From Bacillota bacterium (GTDB lineage: Bacteria > Bacillota > Limnochordia > Darwinibacteriales > JAAYFS01): DNA of 64,000 nt. Positions 46,345-56,106 of this stretch are shown here, piece after piece. The notes beneath the pieces are model-generated. The model did not search any database. It was given only the letters and a program-made list of their open reading frames with translations, and was not told the DNA's origin. Position numbers and translations under genes: made by a program. The stretch covers positions 1,280-65,279 of the forward strand of contig JAAYFS010000036.1 of assembly GCA_012728115.1 (NCBI GenBank), in the 5' to 3' direction. Position 1 is the first letter of the stretch; each line of letters starts with the position of its first letter.

Positions 46345-46832
46345 TGTTCGAAAGACGTACTTGTAAGGATTTCGATCGCTTGAGGTAGTACTGGCAAGAT
46401 TACCTCGAGGCTTTCTTGAACTGCTTTTGGGCTTCCTGGAAGATTAATAATTAGCGTAGATTTTCTTATCCCAGCCACCGCCCTGGAGAGCATAGCTTTT
46501 GGAGTTTTTTCAAGACTTTTCAACCTGATTACCTCAGCAATGCCTGGTGCTTGTCTTTCCAGAATGTCTAGGGTAGCTTCAGGAGTAATATCTCGAGGCG
46601 CAAGGCCAGTTCCTCCAGTGGTAATAATCAAATTCGCTTCGTTATTGTCACATAGTATTTTTAAGGTGGTTGATATCTGGTCGCGTTCATCAGGCAGTAT
46701 TAAATACTTTACCACCTTGATTGATATCTCTTCGAGCAATTTTATAGCAAGAGGGCCGCTTAAGTCCTCTCTTAACCCTTGCGACCCTTTGTCACTCACT
46801 GTAATTACTGCGGCCTTAATCATTGACGTCAC
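46341..46832 (-). CDS. mogA: Molybdopterin adenylyltransferase (MogA/MoaB family).
   Basis: 163 aa. ITVSDKG and GGTG motifs (ITTGGTGLAPRD). Confidence 0.8.
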   Translation of the reverse strand: MTSMIKAAVITVSDKGSQGLREDLSGPLAIKLLEEISIKVVKYLILPDERDQISTTLKILCDNNEANLIITTGGTGLAPRDITPEATLDILERQAPGIAEVIRLKSLEKTPKAMLSRAVAGIRKSTLIINLPGSPKAVQESLEVILPVLPQAIEILTSTSFEH

Positions 46833-47271
46833 CCGAAACTAGGTAAATATCAGCCCCATTTTCAATCTCTCCACCTTTTAATACTCGTGCGAAAATCCCT
46901 TTTTTCGGCATAATACATGCCCCTACCTTTCGATGGATCTCACACTTGGTATGACATTCCTTACCGATCTGAGTTATTTCAATCAAGCACGAACCTATTT
47001 GAAGCTGATCACCGATCTTTAAGGTAGTTAGATCTATTCCTTCGGTGGTAATGTTTTCAGCGAAATTTCCGATCTCAACACCAAAACCTTTTTCTTGCAT
47101 GACTTTAATGCTTTCTATATCGATTAAACTAATCTGTCGATGCCAATTACCAGCATGAGCATCTCCGACCAATCCATGTTCTTCTTTGAGTATTCCTTTT
47201 GTTACAGGGGTTTTGACAGTCCCTTTATTTTCACTAATATTTATCGAGGCCACTCTGCCTTTAATATCCAC
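46816..47271 (-). CDS. MOSC-domain protein.
   Basis: 151-aa beta-barrel MOSC-like protein (conserved Cys in GACIMPKKG). Overlaps mogA by 17 nt. Confidence 0.6.
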   Translation of the reverse strand: MDIKGRVASINISENKGTVKTPVTKGILKEEHGLVGDAHAGNWHRQISLIDIESIKVMQEKGFGVEIGNFAENITTEGIDLTTLKIGDQLQIGSCLIEITQIGKECHTKCEIHRKVGACIMPKKGIFARVLKGGEIENGADIYLVSGDVND

Positions 47272-47283
47272 GTTATCCTCCCC

Positions 47284-47760
47284 CTACTCTTTAAGTAAAT
47301 TCAGATCGGATTTACCACCAGTTTTTTTGACTAACTTAATTTCTTCAATAACCATTCCTTTGTCCACTGCTTTGCACATATCATAGATAGCTAAAGCACA
47401 GATAGAAACCGCCGTAAGTGCTTCCATTTCTACCCCTGTCTTACCAGTTGTTTGTACTGTAGCGGTGATCTTAACTCTACTCTCTTCTTCATCGATAGCA
47501 AAGTTAAGGTCAACTCCTTCTATTAAAATATTATGACACATCGGAATCAGTGCAGATGTTTGTTTTGCCCCCATAATTCCAGCTATCTGCGCTGTGGTTA
47601 AAACATCACCTTTTTTCATTTGCCCCAGTTTTATCAATTCGATCGTTGAAGGAGCCATTTTCACGCTCCCAACCGCAACGGCAGTCCGAGCAGTGACATT
47701 TTTTTCTCCGATACTAACCATTTTCGGTTGTCCCGCTTCATTAAAATGCGTAAAGCCCAT
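47284..47760 (-). CDS. moaC: Cyclic pyranopterin monophosphate synthase accessory protein MoaC.
   Basis: 158 aa. [16 protein letters not shown] and [21 protein letters not shown] motifs. Confidence 0.9.
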   Translation of the reverse strand: MGFTHFNEAGQPKMVSIGEKNVTARTAVAVGSVKMAPSTIELIKLGQMKKGDVLTTAQIAGIMGAKQTSALIPMCHNILIEGVDLNFAIDEEESRVKITATVQTTGKTGVEMEALTAVSICALAIYDMCKAVDKGMVIEEIKLVKKTGGKSDLNLLKE

Positions 47761-47763
47761 TTT

Positions 47764-48738
47764 CTACCCTCCGATCTGAGACATATATCTTCCATCATCC
47801 GAAACTTGTTTCCCATTTGAGAGTTTGTGCCCACTAGGTTTTAATTCGATCGCTCCGTGGATCGCATCCCTTAAACCATCCAGATCCTTCTCCTTAAGAT
47901 AGGGTCTTACATTCACTTCTATCTTTGAATGAAGACAAGGCATTAACTTCCCGTCGGATGTTAGTCTCAATCTATTACATGTACCACAAAAACAATTGCT
48001 TAAGGCGCTGATGAACCCTATCCGACCTTGATATCCCTCGAGGGGGTAATAATCTGCTGGCCCAGCATTGATTAGATTATCATCAGAAGCTTTTCTCAGT
48101 CCTGGGATGTGTGTCATTATTTCGGTTGTTGAGAGATATTCACTAGCTAGTTCGTTTGCCTGCCCAATCCCCATAAGCTCGATAAACCGTACATCGACAG
48201 GTTTGTCCTTGGCTAGATTAACTAAATCCAGTATTTCATGGTCGTTAAAGCCTTTCATTAGCACTGCATTGATCTTCACTTTATCAAAACCAACTTTAAG
48301 CGCTTGATCGATTCCATGCAAAACATCATTTAAATCACCCCAGCGAGTGATATAACGATATTTCTCTGGATCAAGGGTATCTAAGCTAATGTTAATACTT
48401 TTTAACCCCGCTTCTTTCAGTGCTTTGGCATTCGGGGCAAGCTTTCTAGCGTTGGTAGTTAAACCAATTTCTTTTATGCCAGGAATCTGGTTGATTCTTG
48501 CAACAAAATCTACGATTCCTTTTCTAACTAACGGTTCCCCGCCCGTTAGCCTCACTTTATTAATACCAAAATTGGTGCTCATTTCTACAAAAGTGAGAAT
48601 CTCTTCATACGATAAGATTTCATCATGTGATTTTACTGCTATCCCCTGTTCTGGCATACAGTACCGACAACGTAAGTCACAGCGGTCTGTAACGGAAATG
48701 CGTAAATAGTTGATTTGCCGTCCGAACGGGTCTTTCAT
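47764..48738 (-). CDS. moaA: GTP 3',8-cyclase MoaA (radical SAM).
   Basis: CDLRCRYCMP N-terminal radical-SAM cluster and C-terminal second cluster CFCGTCNRLRLTSDGKLMPCL. Confidence 0.9.
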   Translation of the reverse strand: MKDPFGRQINYLRISVTDRCDLRCRYCMPEQGIAVKSHDEILSYEEILTFVEMSTNFGINKVRLTGGEPLVRKGIVDFVARINQIPGIKEIGLTTNARKLAPNAKALKEAGLKSINISLDTLDPEKYRYITRWGDLNDVLHGIDQALKVGFDKVKINAVLMKGFNDHEILDLVNLAKDKPVDVRFIELMGIGQANELASEYLSTTEIMTHIPGLRKASDDNLINAGPADYYPLEGYQGRIGFISALSNCFCGTCNRLRLTSDGKLMPCLHSKIEVNVRPYLKEKDLDGLRDAIHGAIELKPSGHKLSNGKQVSDDGRYMSQIGG

Positions 48739-48746
48739 TCCATCAC

Positions 48747-50666
48747 CTACTTTAGGTATTTTACCTCACCTATCCGTTTTAGTTCATAGCCACCCATTCT
48801 TTCCAAGGCTTGAGCAAACTCCTCACTCTTAATTACTTCAAGCAGGGGATCGATCAATCCTTGTTCCAAAAACTTAACAGGTACAGCCAAATCGTATTGT
48901 TCGCCACAAATCGGAATGAAGTCTAAACCCAATGCATTAGCGGCAGATAGAATTCCTAAACTAACATCCGCAGAATCTTCCAAAACCGCACTCGCTGTTG
49001 TAAGGTGGGTGTACTCCTCCCTGTCGTACCCATTAATCAGTGCTGGGTCAATGTTTATTTTATTTAGATAATAATCGAGAAGCATTCTAGTACCTGAACC
49101 TTTTTGGCGATTGATAAAACGAACATCCTCGCGCATTAGATCGTTTAAGCTTGTGATTCCTTTAGGGTTGCCTTTCTTTACCATTAAGCCCTGAGTTCTT
49201 TCTACAACATGAATCAAAGCCATCTCTTCATTTCTTAGATAACGGTTCAGGTAAGTCACGTTATAGGTGCCATCCTCTGGATCTAGCAAGTGAATGCCTG
49301 CAATATGACATTCACCCCGCCTTAAAGCCATTATTCCTCCCATACTACCTACATGGGATGAGCTAAGGAACAGGTTTGGATAGTTTCGATGCAGAATATC
49401 AGCCAATATATCCAACATTGGATCATGGCTACCGATCGCTACAATGGTGTTCTTTACATTTTCAAAGTCTTTAAACAGAGTGACTTCTACTGTGTCGCCA
49501 GCTTCATACCCTTCTAAATTGCGAGGGATGGTTACAAATCCATCGGCTTTTACCAGGGACATAATTACACCCGCGCCCCTTTCTAAGGGGGTAGCGATAA
49601 ACTTACCGTCAACAGTTCCTAACTTAACCCGCACATATTCTTCATGTTTAAGCGAGGAAACAATTTTTCTTGCTGTTGTTGCAGGGATCTTTTTACGTGC
49701 TTTGACTTGTCTCCTTGTTAGCCTATCGATTAGTGGTTTAACAAAAAGCTCCATCACGAAAAAGGCAGAGACAGGATATCCAGGAATACCCAGCACAGGT
49801 TTTTTATCGATAATACCTAAAATGCTAGGCTTACCAGGTTTGATCGCAATTCCATGGACAACTACTTCACCTAGTTCTCGAATGATACTGGAGGTATAAT
49901 CTTCGCTTCCAGCACTTGAGCCAGCGTTAACGAGTACTACATCGTTTTCCGAAACTGCCTTAAGGATATTCTCCTTTAGTTCTTCATAATCGTCCTTAGT
50001 AATTCCGTACCGATTCGGTTCTCCTCCCCACTCGGTAATCAAATTTGCAAACATGTGGGAGTTAAAGTCAATAATATCGCCCTTTTTAAGGGGTTTCCCA
50101 GCTTCCACCAACTCAGTTCCAGTTGGCAAAATCGCAACTTTAGGTCGCTTATAAACCGTAACTTCCATAACTCCTCCAGCTAGCAAGGCGGCGATATCAA
50201 CTGGAGAAATCTGATGATTTGATGGTATTATCATTTCGGTGGCAGTGATATCTTCACCTATGGGCCTAATGTGTTGCCATGGTACAGGACTTTTATATAT
50301 TAACACCGTTTCATCGTCTTCCTGGATTACATCCTCAATCATTATCACTGCATCGTAGCCTTCGGGAATCACATCCCCCGTGTCGACATGAATAAAATCA
50401 ACTTGACGTTTCAACCTAGCGGGGTTTTTCTCAGAAGCTCCAAAAGCTTTTTTAGCAGCAATAGCTATTCCATCCATCGCAGCAGCGTTAAAATGAGGAT
50501 TAGAAATCTCTGCAAATACTGGTTCCGCAGTAACTCGATTTAAGGCGTCTTCAACACCAATGGATTCAGTTAGTTGAAAAATGGAGCATTCTTTAATAGC
50601 TTCTTGAAAGAGTTTTTGAGCTTGTTCAAGCGGGATATTATCTATATAGATATTTCTTTTTGCCAT
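48747..50666 (-). CDS. moeA: Molybdopterin molybdenumtransferase MoeA fused to a C-terminal periplasmic-binding-protein-like (PBP_like) domain.
   Basis: 639 aa. First ~410 aa are a complete MoeA (MDGIAIAAKKAFGAS, GGVSVG-like SAGSEDYT, GIAIKPGKP). The final ~230 aa have PBP type-2 fold features. Confidence 0.8.
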   Translation of the reverse strand: MAKRNIYIDNIPLEQAQKLFQEAIKECSIFQLTESIGVEDALNRVTAEPVFAEISNPHFNAAAMDGIAIAAKKAFGASEKNPARLKRQVDFIHVDTGDVIPEGYDAVIMIEDVIQEDDETVLIYKSPVPWQHIRPIGEDITATEMIIPSNHQISPVDIAALLAGGVMEVTVYKRPKVAILPTGTELVEAGKPLKKGDIIDFNSHMFANLITEWGGEPNRYGITKDDYEELKENILKAVSENDVVLVNAGSSAGSEDYTSSIIRELGEVVVHGIAIKPGKPSILGIIDKKPVLGIPGYPVSAFFVMELFVKPLIDRLTRRQVKARKKIPATTARKIVSSLKHEEYVRVKLGTVDGKFIATPLERGAGVIMSLVKADGFVTIPRNLEGYEAGDTVEVTLFKDFENVKNTIVAIGSHDPMLDILADILHRNYPNLFLSSSHVGSMGGIMALRRGECHIAGIHLLDPEDGTYNVTYLNRYLRNEEMALIHVVERTQGLMVKKGNPKGITSLNDLMREDVRFINRQKGSGTRMLLDYYLNKINIDPALINGYDREEYTHLTTASAVLEDSADVSLGILSAANALGLDFIPICGEQYDLAVPVKFLEQGLIDPLLEVIKSEEFAQALERMGGYELKRIGEVKYLK

Positions 50667-50678
50667 GTGAACACCTCA

Positions 50679-51893
50679 TTAGAATAAGTTAACTTCAACG
50701 ATCTCGTCTTTATATATTCCTTCCTTGTAAGAAGGTAGATGAACATAGCCTATCGCTTGTGACATTGTAGCCATCATGTTTGATTTGCTGTAAACTGGCA
50801 TGACCATAGAGTCTAACCCCTCAACAGGTTGAACTAAGATACAATCATCCCGACCTGGGGCTGATGCATAATTTTCAGCGAATTTTGCTTTAATTTTTAA
50901 TGGTTTTCGACAGAACCCTAATTCGCTTAAGAAACTCCTGATTAATACATAGTAAATCAGGTAGGCCGAGACAGGATTACCAGGTAAACCAAGAACCAAC
51001 TTGTCTTTAACTCTAGCTACAATCGTAGGTTTTCCTGGTTTAATTGCAATGCCATGTACTAAAATCTCGCTGCCCTTCAACGAATCGATCACTTTATAAG
51101 TTAAATCGTGAGTACCTACCGAACTACCACCTGAAATCAAAACCAAATCATTTTCATCGATCGCTTTTTGGAGTGCTTCTCGTAGTTCAACTTCATTATC
51201 TGCTATTACGCCATAAATTTTAGGAATAAAGGTATCTGCGACTACTGCAGCAGCAAGTGAATATGTATTAATATCCCTCACTTTACCCTATGGTAAGGGC
51301 TGGAAAGGATCCGCTATCTCATTACCCGTTGAAAGGATTCCAAATTCTAACCTTTTCGCAACAGGCACGGTCTTAATACCCGCTGAAGAAAGTACTCCTA
51401 TATCCTGAGGCCTTATAATATGCCCTTTCTCGAAGATTAAATCGCCTGCTTTTATATCTTCTCCTTTATGGATAACATTTTCACCAGGAGAAACAGGCCT
51501 TTCAATTAAAACATTGATATCGTCGATTCTTTCCGCATATTCGATCATTACCACGCTATCCGCACCCTCAGGTAGCATACCTCCAGTAGGTATGTAGCAT
51601 GCTTGCCCATCTTGAATGGTGAATTTAGGTACTTCGCCCATTCTTACTTCTCCTACGAGATCTAGCATAGCTGGTAAGGAAGCACTAGCGCCGAAGGTAT
51701 TCTTGGCTTTTACAGCAAAGCCATCCATCGTGGACCGACTAAATCCAGGCAGATCTTCCCTACAATGAATGTCTTCGCTTAAGACCCTATTGAGGCTTTC
51801 CAGAATCGTTATTTCAACAGCATTAATATTAAAGGACGAAAAAATACTTTTTAGAATACTTATTGTTTCGTCAAAAGTTTTAACTTGGAACAT
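50679..51893 (-). pseudogene. moeA: Second moeA paralog interrupted by a single in-frame TAG (51288-51290).
   Basis: ORF 51288..51893 is the MoeA N-domain (MDGFAVKAKNTFGAS) and ORF 50679..51281 is the MoCF/C-domain (GGSSVG, HGIAIKPGKP). They are in the same frame separated by TAG-GGT-AAA. The junction ...LSTGNEIADPFQPLP*GKVRDINTY aligns colinearly with E. coli MoeA ...[23 protein letters not shown]. Confidence 0.65.
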
Positions 51894-51976
51894 ATATTTT
51901 CTCCTTTATCTTGGTATGTTTAAATTTCGATAATGGAAAGGATTATCCTGCCGATATTAAGACTCCTCTTAGAAAC

Positions 51977-52656
51977 CTAAGAGGAGCTAGTTGGATCACC
52001 GATCAATGGTATTTCGCTTTTTTTACTTAACCATTTTACCAATTCCTGGGTAGAAGCTACATGTTCATCCAGAATAATCCCGCCACGCCCAAGATCCTCG
52101 GGTTGGTGAAAATCTGATCCCGAAATGCCTTTTAGATTATGCTCCTGAGCATGAGCTAGAGCGATGTAATTCTTCGATGGATGTCTGGGATTACCGTTAA
52201 ACACTTCAATTCCATCAAGATATTCGCTCGCGAATATCTCGTTTCCAGGTCGGAACGGATGAGCTTGGAAGATTAGCCCTTGATAACTTTCAACCAACGA
52301 TTTAAGATCTTTCAAGGATAAATCAAAAATTTCCGGATGGCTTTTTAATATAGTTTCGTCTAAACCATACACTAAGTAGTGATTAAGATGCTCACCTAGT
52401 GCTAATTCCAAACCGAACAGTACTTCAAGACCATAGTCTTTACCGTAAGAATAGGCAAGCTTATAGCCAGAAGTGAAAACATCTACTTTCTCGGCCCAAG
52501 TATTATTATTTAATGAGTTAAAGAAACCTTTATAGTAATGATCTGTTATCACAATACCAGTATATCCCGCATTTTTGTACATTTTGACCACATCCAAAGC
52601 GCTAACTTGACCACATAGACTTACCTCTTTGGTATGAACATGGGTATCATACTTAT
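51977..52656 (-). pseudogene. PHP-domain metal-dependent phosphoesterase whose conserved N-terminal HxH motif lacks an upstream start codon.
   Basis: Annotated ORF starts MDVVKMYKNAGYTGIVITDH (52597). The in-frame upstream sequence (after a TAA at ~52697) encodes TKTKGRDLIITQTYKYDTHVHTKEVSLCGQVSALDVV, i.e. the PHP motif-I (D-x-H-x-H-T), with no ATG/GTG/TTG before it. Confidence 0.5.
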
Positions 52657-52665
52657 ACGTTTGTG

Positions 52666-53232
52666 TTATGATAAGATCACGTCCCTTAGTTTTCGTTTAG
52701 GAACATGTAAGGTACCTTGTTCATCCTTATAGTACCTAACGCTTCCGCCCTCATCTTCGGATACTGGCTGTTCACCAATATAGCCTAGGGCAATTACATG
52801 GATTAGTTTCAAATGCTCAGGTATACTAAGTATTTCCGTGATCTTGGGCTTATTAATCGCGCCCATCCAACACGCACCAATTCCTTCTTCCCAAGCAGTT
52901 AAAATCAGGTTTTGAACCGCAGCACCTAGATCAAACTCCCACCCAGATGTACTGATGGAAGTATCAACTAAGACAGCGATAAAGGCTGTTGGTTCCTCAC
53001 CTTTTTTAGGGGTGCCTTCTGGTGCGATGAAACCAGCCCATCGAACATTCTCAAAAATATCTTTTACTTTTTCAGCCTGATCGACGATAATGTATTTTAA
53101 CGGCTGAAGATTCTGTGCTGATGGTGCCACTCTAGCTGCGTTTACTAACTTTTCCAAGGTTTGGCGTTTGATTTTTTCTTGTTTAAACTTTCTAATGGTT
53201 CGCCTAGCTAATATTGATTCATATACCGACAT
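52666..53232 (-). CDS. Nitroreductase-family flavoprotein.
   Basis: MSVYESILARRTIRKF...AARVAPSAQNLQP, the classic nitroreductase N-terminal motif. Confidence 0.75.
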   Translation of the reverse strand: MSVYESILARRTIRKFKQEKIKRQTLEKLVNAARVAPSAQNLQPLKYIIVDQAEKVKDIFENVRWAGFIAPEGTPKKGEEPTAFIAVLVDTSISTSGWEFDLGAAVQNLILTAWEEGIGACWMGAINKPKITEILSIPEHLKLIHVIALGYIGEQPVSEDEGGSVRYYKDEQGTLHVPKRKLRDVILS

Positions 53233-53282
53233 TTTCTCCCCTCCTCCTCGACATAGAAAAATATAATAGGTCAAGATTAACT

Positions 53283-54005
53283 TTAGATCTCTCCTTTTAA
53301 GAATGCCTGCCGAATAGGTTCTTCAAAATGCTCGATTGCATAACGAAGCATTGTTCGGGGCATTTTCCTATAATGTTTTGTCAAAAATTGATACTCTGTA
53401 TTATAATCACGCTTACCTATTTCGCGAAGCATCCACCCTACTGCTTTATGCATCAGATCATGTTCATGCTCCAAAAATTTTTCTGCTAACTCCAGAGTAC
53501 AAGAATAATCACCGTTTTTAATGAAATAAAAAGTGGTCAAAACGGCGATGCGCTGTTTCCATAAAGATTGAGAGTTGGCTAACTCATACAAAACTGTTCG
53601 ATCTCGATCCATTAGATGAGCACCAAGGATCTTTGGCGCGGTTACATCTACTAAATCCCAATTGTTTACCCCATCTATGTTTCTTAAATATACTTCAACA
53701 GCGGTATTCTTTTCTGAATCAGTTTTTGCTTTTTCGTATTTATTAATTAGTAAAAAAAGACCAGTGGAGCGGCGTTCATGATAAGGATCTTGTAAAAGAG
53801 TTTCTATTTCCTCAAATGAGATCTGACGGTAATATTTTTGGGCAATTTTTCGCTGAAAAGGAACTCTAACTCCTAAAAACTTATCACCTTCACCATAACC
53901 ACCAGGAAAAGCTTGAAAGAATTTTGGGTAGAACTCTCGTTTTTCTGGCTCAATACACCGGTCTAATTCCTTCTTAATTTTTACAACCAGGGATTGTTCC
54001 ATCAA
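53283..54005 (-). CDS. DNA alkylation repair protein (AlkD/AlkC-like HEAT-repeat glycosylase family).
   Basis: 240 aa. Helical repeats and WDLVD motif region (VNNWDLVDV). Confidence 0.6.
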   Translation of the reverse strand: MMEQSLVVKIKKELDRCIEPEKREFYPKFFQAFPGGYGEGDKFLGVRVPFQRKIAQKYYRQISFEEIETLLQDPYHERRSTGLFLLINKYEKAKTDSEKNTAVEVYLRNIDGVNNWDLVDVTAPKILGAHLMDRDRTVLYELANSQSLWKQRIAVLTTFYFIKNGDYSCTLELAEKFLEHEHDLMHKAVGWMLREIGKRDYNTEYQFLTKHYRKMPRTMLRYAIEHFEEPIRQAFLKGEI

Positions 54006-54008
54006 ATC

Positions 54009-54668
54009 TCACCCCTTCAAAACATCTCCTAGCTCCTTAACGCTATCAACAACTAAAGTGGGTTCATGGGCTTGGAGTTCATCTATTATTCCATAACCAT
54101 AGGTTACCGAAATACAGTCAATACCATTATTTTTAGCGCCGACAATGTCGTAGACTGTATCACCAACCATAACAACTTCGTTGCGATCTACATTGGGAAT
54201 ATAGTTTTCAAAAATATAAGAGATAACCTCACCTTTGTCAACCCGGGTACCATCCAGATTACTACCGATTATCGCATCGAAAAAGTGATCAATCTCCCAA
54301 TGTTTCATAATCGGATTAGCATAAAAAGTCGGTTTTGAAGTAGCAACGAATAATCTTTTCCCTTGTTCTTTTAATTCCGCTAGAAGTTCACCCATTCCAG
54401 GATAAATATCCGCTTCAAGAATGCCTAATTCTGACCAATGACGGCCATAGTAACTAGAGGCTTTTTTTGCGAGTTCCTCATCCAAACCGTAAAACTCCAT
54501 GAAAGATTTTCTCACGCCTGTGCCAACAAAACGCGCCAGGTTCTCAAAATTTTCTTCCACAATACCTACCTTTTTTAGTGCCCAGTCGATCGATCGCATT
54601 ATACCTATCTTCGGATCAGTAAGCGTTCCATCAACGTCGAACAAGATATATTTATACTTTTTCCCAGC
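54009..54668 (-). CDS. HAD-superfamily hydrolase (phosphoglycolate phosphatase-like, subfamily IA).
   Basis: FDVDGTL motif I, T/S motif II (ATSK), GDTVYDIVGAKNNG motif IV. Confidence 0.75.
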   Translation of the reverse strand, partial: AGKKYKYILFDVDGTLTDPKIGIMRSIDWALKKVGIVEENFENLARFVGTGVRKSFMEFYGLDEELAKKASSYYGRHWSELGILEADIYPGMGELLAELKEQGKRLFVATSKPTFYANPIMKHWEIDHFFDAIIGSNLDGTRVDKGEVISYIFENYIPNVDRNEVVMVGDTVYDIVGAKNNGIDCISVTYGYGIIDELQAHEPTLVVDSVKELGDVLKG

Positions 54669-54770
54669 CATAACTGCCTCCTTTACGAGTACTTGCAAAT
54701 CATATTTCACTAAAAATTTTCCTAAATCCTTCAAAAAACTCGTCCCTAACTTGTAACTAAGGTACTTTCT

Positions 54771-56102
54771 CTATTTGCAAAGAAACAAATCCTGTTCATT
54801 ATCCTGAAAATAAACATAATCAAGTGTTTTGCTTTCGGTTAGCTTATCAAAATCGCTTAAAGCTTCTCTACGACATAAGTTGCAGGATAACCACGGAACG
54901 ATGATCGCCGCGATTTTAAAACTTAAACCAACACCCTCATTTGTTTCTGAAAAAATAAGTCGCCACCCTGAACACTCATTACATAACCTTATTCTTTCAT
55001 ATTGCTTTTCAATTATCTGGTCGGTATCGTAAAAGATCTGCCTGTGACGAGTATAAAAACGATCCTTACCGAAGATTTGTTGTAAATTTGCTTTTTTTCT
55101 ATTTTCCCAAAGATTCCATACTTGATCTACCACTTCATGAATGGTTTCTGTTACTTGTCTTGATTGTTTCAAACGAGTAGGATGCCAATCAGGTTCCTTA
55201 AGATGAGAATAATCCAAACCAGCTAGTGCCAAGATTAATCCGACATTTACATATGGTAAAGCACCTTCAATTGAATAACCACCCTCTAAAACCACGATGT
55301 CTGGATTAAGTAAGTCTGTTAGCTGTGCGTATCCTCTTGCTGAAAACTCCATATTTGTTAAAGGATCCGAGTAATGATTATCTTGTCCCGCAGCATTGAT
55401 AATGAGATCTGGCTTCCATTCAGCAAGAATCGGAAGAACTAATTGCTCCGTGACATAAAGCATCCCTTCATCACCAGTTCCTGGCGGAAGCGGAATATTA
55501 ACTGTCTGTCCGAAACTTGCTGGTCCACCGCGTTCCAGAAAACTTCCAGTACCAGGATAAAGAGTGCGACCATCCTGATGAAGTGAGATATGAAGCACTC
55601 CTGGATCATTGTAGAAAATATCTTGGGTTCCATCAGCATGATGGGCGTCTGTATCGACAATAGCGATCCGCACCTTTGGTCCAAGACGATGACGAATATG
55701 TTCTACCATGATAGCTTCGTTATTTATGGTGCAAAATCCACGAGAACCATGGACTATTCGATTTGCATGATGCCCTGGCGGGCGTAGCAAGGCAAAGGAA
55801 CGCTCCACCTTTTTGTCAAGGACTAAATCTGCGGCTAACATAGTGCCTCCAGCCGCAATCCGATGTGGTTCGCTTACCCTTTTCGCCACACTCGGAACAC
55901 AAATATGTACTCTTTGAATATCCTTTTCTTCTGCAACAATGGGTCGGTATTCAACAATACCTGGTATATCAAGTAATCCTTCCTCAATAATTTGATCTCT
56001 AGTATATAAGAGTCTCTCCTCGCGTTCGGGGTGGTCCGCAGAGATACACCAATCGAAGGCTGGAAAAAAGACTAAACCTACACGATGTTTTGCAGTTATC
56101 AT
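54771..56102 (-). CDS. Histone deacetylase/acetoin-utilisation (AcuC) superfamily amidohydrolase with C-terminal Cys-rich (zinc-ribbon-like) extension.
   Basis: HDAC motifs PPGHHA, VDTDAHHADGTQ, EGGY. C-terminal ~120 aa carry CNECSGW ... CNLCRRE. Confidence 0.7.
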   Translation of the reverse strand: MITAKHRVGLVFFPAFDWCISADHPEREERLLYTRDQIIEEGLLDIPGIVEYRPIVAEEKDIQRVHICVPSVAKRVSEPHRIAAGGTMLAADLVLDKKVERSFALLRPPGHHANRIVHGSRGFCTINNEAIMVEHIRHRLGPKVRIAIVDTDAHHADGTQDIFYNDPGVLHISLHQDGRTLYPGTGSFLERGGPASFGQTVNIPLPPGTGDEGMLYVTEQLVLPILAEWKPDLIINAAGQDNHYSDPLTNMEFSARGYAQLTDLLNPDIVVLEGGYSIEGALPYVNVGLILALAGLDYSHLKEPDWHPTRLKQSRQVTETIHEVVDQVWNLWENRKKANLQQIFGKDRFYTRHRQIFYDTDQIIEKQYERIRLCNECSGWRLIFSETNEGVGLSFKIAAIIVPWLSCNLCRREALSDFDKLTESKTLDYVYFQDNEQDLFLCK

Positions 56103-56106
56103 TCTG

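Noticed and set aside
51288-51290. Pyrrolysine (or other programmed read-through) decoding of the in-frame TAG in moeA.
   Set aside because: No pylT/pylS/pylBCD-like genes or methylamine methyltransferase context are visible. Many genes here terminate normally with TAG (for example the MoeA N-fragment itself is followed by an in-frame GTG restart). The aligned residue in homologues is Asp/Glu, so a GAG->TAG nonsense or base-call error is the simpler explanation. Kept as an open but unlikely alternative.
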